Below are positions 40,549 through 51,522 of a stretch of 64,000 nucleotides of DNA, piece by piece. A program made the position numbers and the translations under genes. The number at the start of each line of letters is the position of its first letter. The first letter of the stretch is position 1. The notes under the pieces are model-generated. The model was not told the DNA's origin, did not search any database, and saw only the letters and a list, made by a program, of their open reading frames with translations. The DNA comes from Tubulanus polymorphus. Lineage: Eukaryota > Animalia > Nemertea. The stretch lies in contig NC_134036.1 of assembly GCF_964204645.1 (NCBI RefSeq), positions 10,395,859-10,459,858 of the forward strand, given 5' to 3'.

Positions 40549-40624
40549 TTTCTGTAAGAAAAAAAAGATTGAATACGTGTTATTTTTTTAAAAGAGACTA
40601 ATCTTCAGTGTCTACAAGTCAATT

Positions 40625-40921
40625 ATGGGTCGACTATCAAGTACAATGGACGGACTATTACGAAGGTTATTGTTCACGATTTTGGATTACACGCGATTAC
40701 ACCAAGTGTTACTAAGTCAAAGGCATTTAACAGATATTCAACGTTTAGCCAGAGATTTTGTAGATTGCGACGAACCAGATGGATTATGCATAGTTTTGAA
40801 AGAATTAAACATGACGGAGCGATTCCTTTATACAATTGTTGGCGCTATATTTTGTTTAGACGTGATTGATCTTCAACCGGAATGTAAATATTTCATTCAA
40901 AGAACGTATATCAACGTGTGA
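40625..40921 (+). CDS. Polinton hypothetical protein (98 aa)
   Basis: ATG-initiated ORF inside the element; no recognisable motif. Confidence 0.4.
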   Translation: MGRLSSTMDGLLRRLLFTILDYTRLHQVLLSQRHLTDIQRLARDFVDCDEPDGLCIVLKELNMTERFLYTIVGAIFCLDVIDLQPECKYFIQRTYINV

Positions 40922-41253
40922 AAAAAGTCAAATAGCGTTTATGAAAACATATTCAAACCTCGAATAACTAAAATCGAAAAATATTCAAACCTCAAATAGG
41001 TAAAATCGAAAAAATAGTCAAACCGTAATTTTAACTAATCTTATTTTGTCAAAACCGTAGTATTTTCCTATTAAAAAAGTGCAAACCATATTTTAGAAAA
41101 CTGAAAATTGTAAGAACCTCGTTTAGTGAAAATAAAGAATTTAGTAAACAATAAAATGCTTGTACTGTATTTTTTAAATATTGACACCCCCTTGTTTCTA
41201 TTAAAAGTGTTTTTCATTCGCAACTAAAACACTGAAAACACTAAAACATTAAG

Positions 41254-41880
41254 ATGGCAGAGTATTATGGCCCGAGATACTTATCCCACCCATTAACAAT
41301 GATAGTCGCGGGACCGACGGGTTCCGGTAAAAGTGTGTTTGTCAAAAAAAGTTATAACGGAGAATCTTGTCGAAAAAAATCCCGATAAGATATATTGGTG
41401 TTACGCGGAGGCACAACCCGAAATGTTCAATGAATTGGAAAAGTTTGGAGTGCAGTTTGTAGAGGGTTTTTCTGGAGAACTCTACGACAAAATAGATGGC
41501 AGTAAACGTACATTAATTATAGTCGACGATCTGATGAATGAAGTAGGGAGTAATAACGCGTTAGCTTCTTTGTACACACGAGGATCCCATCATCGCAACA
41601 TCAGCGTTATTACGATTGTACAAAATATTTTCCCGAAAGGCAAAGAGTTTAGAACGATTAGTTTAAACTCACATTATATTGCCGTTTTTAAAAACGCGCG
41701 AGATAGAAATCAAGTTCGCGTTCTCGCTCAACAAGCCGGTTTGAAAAACGAAATAAAAGCGGCCTTTAGAGACGCGACCATGGAACCCCACGGTTATCTT
41801 TTACTGGATTTTAAACCGAAAACTGATGATAGATGGGCTTGAGAACTAGAATTTTTCCTAGCGATAAATACCATATAATA
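41254..41880 (+). pseudogene. Polinton A32-like packaging ATPase (frameshift after Walker A)
   Basis: MIVAGPTGSGK (41254 frame), Walker B LIIVDDLM, GSHHRNISV, RTISLNSHYI, KNARD. Confidence 0.93.
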
Positions 41881-41940
41881 TAAAAAACAAAGAAAATCCA
41901 TTAAAAGTATAATTCATCGGTTAACTATTAATAGAAGAAA

Positions 41941-42324
41941 ATGGCTCCGCGTAAAAACAACTCGTTGCAAAGAGTGAAGAAATATATACATCATCTACAC
42001 GTGTTGGGTAAATGTAATAAAAAACAACGTCAAGCGTTGATAGAATCGGCTCCGTCAGACTTAATCAAGTGTGTATGCGAGATATCCACAAACAGTTTAG
42101 CCGGGAATATAAAACATAGCGACAAAGATAAACGTGTGTTAAAACAACATAAGCGTTACATACGCATGTTGGCCAACAATTCGATAGCCATTAAACATAA
42201 ACGAGGAATAATTTCGCAAAAAGGTGGATTTCTGCCATTCATTTTATTGCCTATTTTGAAACCTATACTGACGAGTGTTTTAACGAACGCAGCAAACCGA
42301 ATAGTAGATAAGGCAACAGCATGA
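41941..42324 (+). CDS. Conserved Polinton basic protein with QKGGFL motif and hydrophobic tail (probable adenain-processed virion protein)
   Basis: LIKCVCEISTNSLAGNI...ISQKGGFLPFILLPIL; position directly after the ATPase is typical. Confidence 0.75.
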   Translation: MAPRKNNSLQRVKKYIHHLHVLGKCNKKQRQALIESAPSDLIKCVCEISTNSLAGNIKHSDKDKRVLKQHKRYIRMLANNSIAIKHKRGIISQKGGFLPFILLPILKPILTSVLTNAANRIVDKATA

Positions 42325-42995
42325 AGGACGTTGAAAAGTTAATCATTTTACCCGATTCTATGTTACCCTCGATACAAGCTTTTATCGCGAGTCAGGAGCG
42401 TCGACAAGAAAAAGAAACACCCGCTACCTACAACCCTCTAACGGATAACAAAATACCCGACGATCTCAAATACTTAAAGTATAATCAGTTATTGCAGCAA
42501 GAAATACATAAATCGTCTACAGAAAAGGACATTAACCAAACGACACAAGATATTAAAGAAATCTCGGGCAAATATACTACGCAGAAAATTATTGATCGGT
42601 TACCGTTAAGATTTAGGAAAAAATGTAAATCCCTATTAGCATTTTTTGAAAATAATCCAGGAATTTTGAAATGGAATGATAAAGGCGAACTGATTTACAA
42701 GGACAATCTAATTCGTGGAAGCAACAACGACGATATTTTACACATGTCGTTAGTACAAACTAAAATGGATCAAGAATATATCGGCCTAGATAAATATATA
42801 TCTGCATTTAACGAGTTGAACGTACCATTGAGTCTTATTTCGAATAAAACGTTAAAGAGAAGTATTGAACTTACCGTAGATTTAGATACGTCGTTGTCTC
42901 CAAAGAGAAAGAAACCAAAGTATGATCAGAGCGGATCCGGACTGTGTGGAGTGCGGGATGGCAATGTGAATTTCGCAAACTGGTTATCCTTTTAA
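42321..42995 (+). CDS. Conserved Polinton protein of unknown function
   Basis: WNDKGELIYKDNLIRGSN motif, ATGA overlap with the previous ORF, NLS-like PKRKKPK. Confidence 0.7.
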   Translation: MKDVEKLIILPDSMLPSIQAFIASQERRQEKETPATYNPLTDNKIPDDLKYLKYNQLLQQEIHKSSTEKDINQTTQDIKEISGKYTTQKIIDRLPLRFRKKCKSLLAFFENNPGILKWNDKGELIYKDNLIRGSNNDDILHMSLVQTKMDQEYIGLDKYISAFNELNVPLSLISNKTLKRSIELTVDLDTSLSPKRKKPKYDQSGSGLCGVRDGNVNFANWLSF

Positions 42996-43185
42996 CGACT
43001 AGATAACCTAATCACGACTGTCAAAAATCTTTGACCAATGACCGGGCTTCATTCGTGGCGTATTGATATGATATATGCGGGCTTCATTATTCGTGTTTGG
43101 GCATGTCAACGGTCAGCGGGTTTTGCAATTATATCATTAGTGGAATGGATATAGCAGTTTCATTTGTGGTCGAGCAGGCACGTTA

Positions 43186-43658
43186 ATGATGATCGCGATT
43201 GTAAACGTTGTATCTACGGCGCATTTGAATTGCCGTTTAAACCTAACCGATATTGCGAGAAAATTATGTAATGTCGTTTATGACCCCCGAAAGTTTAGCG
43301 GATTGATGTGGAAACATAGAAGTATACAAGGTAGCTAGCTGTCTATTGTTCGTAAATGGAAATTCGCCAGTTGATACAAAGGATGGGATACACGGGGAAC
43401 TTGAATAACTTCAAAATACAAACTATGACTGGAGTCGCAAAAATCGGTCGACGCGTAGACCTAGTGGAACTTTCCAAAACAGTTGACGGCGATTATAATC
43501 CTGAAATATTTCCCGGTTTTGTGTACAAATGTGAAAACGGAATAAAATTTATAGTACATAACGGTGGTACTTTAATATTGTCGGGTGCCAAAAAACTCAA
43601 CGATTTACAGGACGCCTACGAAGAAATTCTATTTTATGCCATTCTTTGTTCCAAATAA
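43186..43658 (+). pseudogene. TATA-binding-protein (TBP)-like protein carried by the Polinton
   Basis: Repeat 1 IVNVVSTAHLNCRLNLTDIARKLCNVVYDPRKFSGL; repeat 2 FKIQTMTG..VDLVEL..YNPEIFPGFVYK..FIVHNGGTLILSGAK. A 4-bp duplication (agct, ~43333) and a small deletion disrupt repeat 1. Confidence 0.85.
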
Positions 43659-43707
43659 AAAAGTCATTAAAAGCATATTGATTTAAGTGTAAATAAAATA
43701 TATAAAA

Positions 43708-43923
43708 ATGAATTGGCGAAAGTCGTTTTGTTGTTGTTTGAAGCAGGAGGAGCCGAATTTCGAGTGCCGTTTCGATCGAGTTAATTGCGTATTAAGCACG
43801 TGTTGTGGTAGCACAACTGTGATCGATGAAAGCCGAACAGAAAAGATTCCTGGCGAATCAATATTATGGCGTCGACAAAGAAGGAAGTTTTTCAAACGCA
43901 AATACATTACTACGGATTTGTAA
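43708..43923 (+). CDS. Small Cys-clustered Polinton ORF overlapping the integrase start
   Basis: MNWRKSFCCCLK...STCCGS; good ATG context. Confidence 0.35.
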   Translation: MNWRKSFCCCLKQEEPNFECRFDRVNCVLSTCCGSTTVIDESRTEKIPGESILWRRQRRKFFKRKYITTDL

Positions 43924-44904
43924 AAAAGAAAAAAGAAATATCTCTTTACGGGATATACGAGACTGGTTGACCGACCAAGAAGTTTACACTTTACACGCCA
44001 AAGTACGAAAAGATTTCCAAGAAACAAAACTATAGCCTATCGAGTAAACGAACAATTTCAGGTCGACTTGTGCGACGTTTCGAATATTTCGAAACACAAT
44101 GACGGTTACAAATTTCTATTGACGGCTATTGATGTATTGTCTAGATACGCGTTCGCTATACCGTTAGAGAATAAATTTAATTCTACCGTTGTGGATGGAT
44201 TTAAAAAGGTTTTCAAAATTAGAAAACCTAACGTAATCCAATCGGAATCTGGCACAGAGTTTATCGGATCAAAAACGCAGACGTATCTGAGAAATGAAGG
44301 CGTACGTTTTTTCCAAAGTAAAAACGAAGTAAAATGCGCTTTAATCGAAAGATGGATACGTACTTTAAAATCGAAAATGTATAAGATATTTTCGCATAGA
44401 AATTCATACAGGTACATCGATCTACTTAAAGATATAGTAGCGTCGTACAACAAATCGTTTCATCGTAGTATAAAAATGACTCCAAATGATGTTAACGAGT
44501 TAAACGCGTACGAAGTTTTCAAGAATCTATACGGCACAAGTAGTAAAAAACGCGTACAATTTAAGTTTCGCGTTGGCGACACTGTTCGAGTAAGCGAACT
44601 CAAAGGTCAATTCCAAAAAGGCTATTTACCCGGTTGGAGTACTGAGTTGTTTGTCGTTACGAAAATAATTATGCGTGAGCCACCTATATACAAGATTAAA
44701 GATTTACAAGACGTAACAATAGATGGCGTGTTTTATGGTTACGAGTTGATAAAATTCAATAAAAAGGATGAAACGTATAAGATCGAGTCGATAATTAAAA
44801 CTCGAGGTAAAGGCGCTCGAAAACAATACTCGGTAAAGTGGTATAACTATCCCGATAAATTCAATTCTTGGGTGAACGCTCGAGATATCAAGACATTACC
44901 ATGA
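43826..44904 (+). pseudogene. Polinton rve (c-)integrase with C-terminal chromodomain, frameshift near 44030
   Basis: WLTDQEVYTLH, QVDLCD, IDVLSRYA, SESGTEF, ERWIRTLK, YNKSFHRSIKMTP, FRVGDTVR, KGYLPGWSTELF; chromo YKIESII..YSVKWYNYPDKFNSWV. Confidence 0.95.
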
Positions 44905-45706
44905 GTCAGGATTTTTACGTGTATCTCAAAAGCGATGCTAGCGTAGACATTTATCCCGATAATACGCAACATAGTTTTAAAGTTCGATTACGAACACCGA
45001 TTTCACTTCAAGGCAAATGAACTTTATGGCAGATTTCAATAACGTGAACAATGGTAGATTTCAATGTACGTCGTCTGAGCAAGGAACTCATTATCTCAAT
45101 ATACCCGAAGGTCGTTATTTGACAATTACCCAATTAATTGTTGCTATACAAACAGAGTTAAACAAATGGTAGGATAATAAGATAGTTCTTGCATTCAATG
45201 AACTAAGTCATAAAGTTTGTATCCGATTTTATGACAACTGCACAATAACTTTTACGAGTGATATTGCGTGGATTTTGGGTTTTAAAGAAAATATACCGAT
45301 TAACGAAGATATAACAGATCATCGTCAAGGCTCTAAAATACATGGTCCTATACTGTCAGATTCATCCGATAGTAAAACAGTTTACAAACACATCGAGGTT
45401 ACTGCAACCCGCAGTTCGGATATAAACGTCGATTATCATAATTTAATGATATATACAGATGTTATCGAACCTCAGCTGGTCGGACATGAAATCGCAAAAC
45501 TCTTGCGCATGATTGATTTGAATCCGAGAAATTTTGGTAAAATTGTTGGTCGAGAATTTACCAAGTTACAATACTTCCCACTACAGAGACGGAATTTCCA
45601 AACTATAGAAGTCTTTATAAGAACTGAATCCGGGAGAATCCCCGTGTTCAGAAAAGGAAAAGTTAACTTAGCTTTACATTTTAAAAAGAAGAATTTATTG
45701 CTATGA
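44901..45706 (+). pseudogene. Minor capsid (penton, PX) protein, disrupted
   Basis: MSQDFYVYLKSDASVDIYPDNTQHSFKVRL at the start; IYTDVIEPQLVG..LLRMI..YFPLQRRNFQTIEV..LHF at the end; internal stops and frameshifts. Confidence 0.88.
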
Positions 45707-46113
45707 GGGCTCTCTGCGAAATCGATCGGGATGCTTGTAAATATTACATGAACCAATGCGGTTCGGGTATTGATGTATATACGGCGTCTCCCGTACAAGG
45801 CGGTGCAGGCTTTGCATCAGTCTTGGGAGGGCTGGCTCGACCAGCTATTCCACTACTAAAAAATATGGCTAAGCAAGCGGTTCATCATTTACTGAGAACG
45901 GGTCTACACGTAGCTAGCGATGTGGTAGGCGGAAAGAATATCGCGACAGCCCTCAAAGATCGTGGCATCGAAACAATGGGTCGCATTATCAGACGAAGCT
46001 TAAAAAGACCATCTACCTCAACCCCAAAATCAATAAAAGGTCGTAAACGACGTAGGCGTATAACAACCGGAAAACGTGTACGAAAAACCAAAGCAACCGC
46101 TGAAGCGTACTAA
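45703..46113 (+). CDS. Polinton core/virion protein (QxGxG motifs, amphipathic helix, Arg-rich tail)
   Basis: YYMNQCGSG..VQGGAGFASVLGGLARPAIPLLK..RKRRRR; lies between penton and MCP. Confidence 0.8.
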   Translation: MRALCEIDRDACKYYMNQCGSGIDVYTASPVQGGAGFASVLGGLARPAIPLLKNMAKQAVHHLLRTGLHVASDVVGGKNIATALKDRGIETMGRIIRRSLKRPSTSTPKSIKGRKRRRRITTGKRVRKTKATAEAY

Positions 46114-46115
46114 TT

Positions 46116-47416
46116 ATGTCGTTATTAGTACATAAGGATTCGCCATTTTGCGTCAAGTCTGAACTCGATCTGTTTACAGTTCCCGGAACACAGATAAATT
46201 TCAAGCGTATGAGCGTATGAGCCTACTACATCGATTAACGATATGGGACCGATTGTATTCAGAGTACCGAAAACTGAACAATATTTAGATTTAAACGTCA
46301 CGTATTTAAAACTACAGTTTAAAATAGTTAACGCCGATGGAACTAATGTGGGTCCTGAAAAGTCTGTCTCAATGATCAATGGCGCCTATAGTCTATTTAG
46401 CGATGTACAAATTATGCTTAATGACCGAGTAGTTACCCACGACGGTGGATTATACCCGTTCAAGTGTGAACCTGAAAATATGGTTAATTACAACTCGGAA
46501 ACTAAAAACAACAGCTGGCTACAATGCGATCTTTATGCCGAAGACGAAGCCGGAAAAAAGTCAAATATCGATCCTACTTTACCAAACGCGAATTCTGGTT
46601 TGGTCAGAAGGAATAACTACACTAAAGGCAGTAAAATGGTTTGCGCTTATTCTCGCTTGTAAAGCGATGTAATGAGAATGAATAAGATTTTCTTCAACAA
46701 TACAGATTTACAAATAAAACTAACTCGATCAAAGGAAAGTTTTGCTCTAGTTTCCCCCGCCGAAAACCGATTTTCGTATAAAGATTGAAAGCGCTCAACT
46801 ATACATTCGTAAACTAGAACTGGATAGTTCTGTTTTAGTAGCGCATGCTAAAGCAATGGAAAAGAATACAGCAAAATATTATTTTTCGAGAACTGAATTA
46901 TTATCGTTGTATATTCCAAGAGGTCATAGAACAATTATCAAGGACTCCGTTTTCGTCGGCGAGATACCAAAGGCTATTGTTTTAGCTTTAGTGGACGACG
47001 ACGCGTTGAGCGGTAATTACAAAAAGAATCCGTTCAATTTCAAGGATTATTCATTGAATTATATAGGGGTGACCATTGATAATGTCCATGCACAAAACTC
47101 GCCGTTAATTATAGACTCTCGTGGCGACGGTTGCGAAGTGTATCACGGTTTATATTTAGCCCGGGGCTTATTGTATAAAAACGAAGGAATTGGGATAAAA
47201 CGTGAGGATTTCAAAAATGGTAATTTTATTTGTGGATTCAATATATCGCCAGAGTATGGGGATCAAACGCATCTGTCACTAATTAAAAAGGGGTCAATAA
47301 AAATCGAAATGCGATTTGATGAAGCTTTACCGCATAACGTGAATTTGATTGTTTACGCCGTTTTCGACGAATTACTACAAGTCACTAAAGAACGTCATAT
47401 AGAGATCGATTATTAA
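46116..47416 (+). pseudogene. Major capsid protein (double jelly roll, PY), frameshifted
   Basis: MSLLVHKDSPFCVKSELDLFTVPGTQ, GPIVF, YLDL, SLFSDVQI, GEIPKAIV, GNYKKNPFNFKDY; split over several ORFs. Confidence 0.93.
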
Positions 47417-47421
47417 CGACC

Positions 47422-47886
47422 ATGTTGTACACAAACCAAATTTTAGAGTTTATGAAAAAAGACGAATGTCTGAAAGCGTTTTTCGTTGGTGTGTTCCCAT
47501 GTGACGGACTACCGAATATAACGCGTTATCCAGCTGGTTTTATAGTAAACACTGATAATCACGATGAGCCCGGCGAACACTGGTTAGCTGTATATATAAA
47601 CGAATACGGATTTGGTTATTTTTTTGATTCCTTCGGACAATTACCCCGAACTTATGATATAATGTTAGAAAAATACTTGGATGAAAATTGTATAGACTGG
47701 AAATATAATAGTAAGATGTATCAAAATGTATTATCCGATGTATGTGGTTATTACGCTATATTTGTACTATTACACCTATGTCACGGTAACGATGTACGCG
47801 ATATTACGAAACTATTGTCAAACAAAACTACTGATAATGATTATTTTGTAAAAAAATTCATCGTGAAATATTTTAAGCTTCTATAA
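47422..47886 (+). CDS. Adenain-like cysteine maturation protease (intact)
   Basis: NTDNHDEPGEHW, YFFDSFG, YQNVLSDVCGYY (His-Asp-Gln-Cys set). Confidence 0.93.
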   Translation: MLYTNQILEFMKKDECLKAFFVGVFPCDGLPNITRYPAGFIVNTDNHDEPGEHWLAVYINEYGFGYFFDSFGQLPRTYDIMLEKYLDENCIDWKYNSKMYQNVLSDVCGYYAIFVLLHLCHGNDVRDITKLLSNKTTDNDYFVKKFIVKYFKLL

Positions 47887-48062
47887 TAAAACCACAATGT
47901 AAATGAATTTAGTCGTTTTTTAGATTCTACAAAATCACCGAGGAAAAAAGTTTTGTTAAAACTTGGAGAAAAAACTGAAGCAAAAAGCGCGGCAAGGCAA
48001 ATTAACACTGGCTCTTTCTTGAAAATTGAAGTGGTCCTGAAAAGGACCTTTTGAGGAAGGGG

Positions 48063-48456
48063 TCAGTGTCCGAGTTCGTCGTCGTCGTATTCTTCGGCAG
48101 TGTTGTCATCAACATCATCGACGTTGCTGCTGCTGTTGTTGCCGTCTCTGGTGACGGCGGCGCCGGTTTCGTCGCATTCTCTGTTCTTCTTTGCGTATAT
48201 GCCCCGCAAACATACGTGCCCAGCGCACAACATTTCTGCAGAGTGGGCACAAAAATACATCATTAGCGTCTTCACGCCCCAGTTCAAGGTTTCTTCGTAT
48301 TATGGTGGAGACGCAGCTTCCACACGTCAAGTTTCTGTATTGACACTGGCTACATAGTAGCCAGCACCGCTGACCGGACGTGAAGCATATGCCGCACTCG
48401 AGCACTGCATCGGCATCATCCGGTATCTCAAACCAACGTGCTCCAATCACAGACAT
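48063..48456 (-). CDS. RING-finger-like protein (possible E3 ligase), acidic tail probably via frameshift
   Basis: CGIC-x10-CSQC-x6-CGSC-x21-CPLCR; overlapping frame ends in DVDDNTAEEYDDDE. Confidence 0.6.
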
Positions 48457-49306
48457 GTTGGAAATGATTTGTCCTAAAACTACCCCCTTATTTATGGGTC
48501 TAAGTCAGACGACTAATTAGTTGATTAATTCTTATAGTCTAACAGTTTACTCAAAGTATTTGAGGATTCTATCACATATTATTAACGGTGTTTTTGATAC
48601 TCTGGTCTATTATCACCCAGCATATAAGACCATCTGTTCGGTTTTATCTAAACAACTTAATTACCTCAGCGCTATGAGCACTAAAATGTTCGAATTATTG
48701 CTAGTGTAATTGGTTTGAAACCTCACACCTATTTTCCCATCGCGGACGTGTCTCCGATCTAAATCACTTAATTGCCTTCGTCTTCCACATATAATTAACG
48801 GTGTTTGGATACTATCGACCCATATGCTTCTGGTAATTGGTTTTGCTCACACCTATTTTCCCCAATCGTGGTCGTGTATTGATCTAAATCAATTAATTGC
48901 CTTCTTTGTCGGTATATCGTATCATGGGTCTGGATAGCAACGAAATGCTAGATTAACGTATTGTTAAATCAGAATGATTCAAAAATGAAATCTTTTATTC
49001 AATTAATGTTTTATTTAGTCCTAAAAACATAAATATTTTTATAAATATTGTAGATAAACATAGGTCATATACCTATACACGAAAAAACCATAAATTTCAT
49101 AAAAGATAGAAACTCACTACTTTAGTTAATCCTCTTTGGTTAGAGCGGATCTTAATGAAGTCCTGGATTAGTCATTTCGGATACTTATTTCTATCTAAGA
49201 GTTTAACGCAAACTAACGTATATAAATTGATGTATTTTTTTTACACATTTTGTTGTTCGGTTATGATATAAATATTATCTAATTAATATCTTTTAAACTA
49301 CTTTAA

Positions 49307-50130
49307 TTATACTTGGGTGATCATTACACCGTATTCAGGTGTTTTTCGTACTCCAGAAGTGTCTTTTGCGCAGTACGGACACCTGTATTCCTGATTCGAG
49401 TGACTGGAATCATACCAACAGGGCGTCATGTTGGCTAGTTCGGGTATATCGTCATTGAAATTAATGTCTTTCAATTTTTTCCATTGTTCCAATGTTAGTT
49501 TCCGCATCTAGTCGGAGAAACAGTGAGAGGTTCATCGAATAGATCGTATTTTCGGATATCTACGTAAATACGATGATCGTGACTAGACCTATATATTTTG
49601 ATAAAGTTCGTACGACCAACAGTCATTACACCCACGTATTCGATATCTTCTTTAACGCGCGCAATTTCGTGTTCGATATCGGCTTTACAATAATCTATAT
49701 GCACCCACTCTTGGAGATCGAGCGAAATACCGTTTTTAGTGGGATACAGTTGTTTTCTTCGTTCACAACACTCGTACGACCGTAAATCTACACGTTTTAC
49801 CCCCTGCCACGTTTTCGCACTCGCGTAAACAAGAGATCCTAGATAATGGGGTTCGGGGTCATTGTTCCAGGTGTTACGCAAGTTCGCACTTTTCGACGGG
49901 CCGGCGACAGCGTTGTCATTAACGATCGAACCTAAAAGAACAATAAAATATCATATATCAGTATACGTATGTCTTAATATTTGACGGTTTCGAATACGGG
50001 AAATAAGTAGAAACTTACTAAAGTCGAGTTTCAGCGAGGGGTGTTTTCTTTTTCTAGATTGAAGCGATGACTTTGCTTTAACTGGTGTATTAGATATTTC
50101 TAAAATACTTTGTCCGCTGGCCGAATCCAT
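49307..50130 (-). pseudogene. Tandem PC4/Sub1 (transcriptional coactivator, ssDNA-binding) domain protein, 2 exons, one frameshift
   Basis: Exon 50130-50019, phase-1 intron, exon from 49931. LGSLVYASAKTWQGVKRVDLRSY..YPTKNGISLDLQEW and second repeat IYVDIRKY..SPTRCG/KLTLEQWKKL match PC4 (IDIREY..PGRKGISL..EQW). Confidence 0.85.
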
Positions 50131-50533
50131 TATTACGATGATGTTGTATGATGTTGACGGTTCAAAGTCTCTGAGCAGAATGACTAAATTATGGATTTGC
50201 AACGCGTTTTTATTGTCAGAAATGACTTGCCCGAACTCGTTTTATGGTTTTACGTGTTGTTACGAAATATGTTCGCCTAAACTTGTCTATGATTTCACAA
50301 TAGCCGTCAAAAGAAGCCATCTTGGATTTTACCCCGCTCCCCTCTCTATACACGCTCTCGCATAGGATTATGTAATCATGGCGTCATCTAGGATGACGTC
50401 ACTCGCTTACACACGTACACACAAACGCACGCATGCGCACGCATCTGTATAGGATTACGGACTAGCGCCATCTAGGATTCAACTGCGCACTCGCTTTGTT
50501 TACACTCGCATAAACGAGACGTGATTTACGAAA

Positions 50534-51073
50534 ATGTCTGGCGATTTTTTTACCGTGGAAAACATTTTCCTAACAAAATCAACTACCACGGAACATGAAA
50601 TAAATCATGTCGACTTTGAAGATATCGACTGGTCTACCGGATTTGCGATTTGCAAATATTGTAATACGACAATTACATACGGTAGTTTTCGAGTAACGAC
50701 GTGTTGCAGGAAACCGATTTGTGAAGATTGCTGGCTAGTGAACGCTCGATGGTTAGGCGTTCAACATGATTTCGAATGTCCTATCGAGAATTGCATGGTA
50801 CATTTTAGGATTATCAAACATATCGCGAAAAAAGACTGTTATCGTTGTCACGCGCAAGAGGATTTGCTTCATTGTTGTGATAAAACTATATGCCGGCCCT
50901 GTTTAAGCGAACTTAAAACGTATGAAGGGTATGAAGAAAACTTTTGTTATTACTGCATAACTTTATTTTGTGGCATCAACACGTGTTTAGTGTGTTTGGA
51001 AATAACTAAACAAAAGACAGACTGCTGCGACGCTTATATTCACGTCTCGTGCGCCAAGGAATTCGGATTTTAA
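50534..51073 (+). CDS. Cys-rich protein with three RING-like repeats
   Basis: CKYC..CCRKPICEDC..CPIENC; CYRC..CCDKTICRPC..CYYC; CLVC..CCDAYIHVSC. Confidence 0.6.
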   Translation: MSGDFFTVENIFLTKSTTTEHEINHVDFEDIDWSTGFAICKYCNTTITYGSFRVTTCCRKPICEDCWLVNARWLGVQHDFECPIENCMVHFRIIKHIAKKDCYRCHAQEDLLHCCDKTICRPCLSELKTYEGYEENFCYYCITLFCGINTCLVCLEITKQKTDCCDAYIHVSCAKEFGF

Positions 51074-51439
51074 CCGTGTTTAAACTGTAAATTTTAACGG
51101 TGAATAAAATGTTTTTTTATTGTTTTACATTGTTTTTTTAATTTTTGGTTTTCTTTGTCTCGAATTTGCCCGTACTCAGGGAAAAGCGCCATCTAGGATT
51201 TAACTTCACTTCCCCCTCACCTCCACGTACACATAGGATCTCGTAATAGGATTCAACTTTTCCCATAAACACGCATAGGAATGCGTAAGCGCCATCTAGG
51301 ATTCAATCATACCAATAAATAAATTTGGATTTAAAACCGCCAATAAATTGATTTGGATTTGTTGTCAATAATTTGATTTGGATTTAACGGAAAATTTAGA
51401 ATTTTCCCGCCAAAAATTTGAAATTTGAATTTTAACCGC

Positions 51440-51522
51440 CACTTCCGGCCGCCATCTTGGATGACGTCACTACCGGCCGCCATCTTGGATGACGTCACTT
51501 CCGGCCGCCATCTTGGATGACG
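51440..51522. promoter_or_regulatory. Subterminal 28-bp triplicated motif (ETS + YY1 + CRE sites)
   Basis: acttccggccgccatcttggatgacgtc x3: CCGGAAGT and AAGATGGCGG on the minus strand, plus TGACGTCA. Confidence 0.7.
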
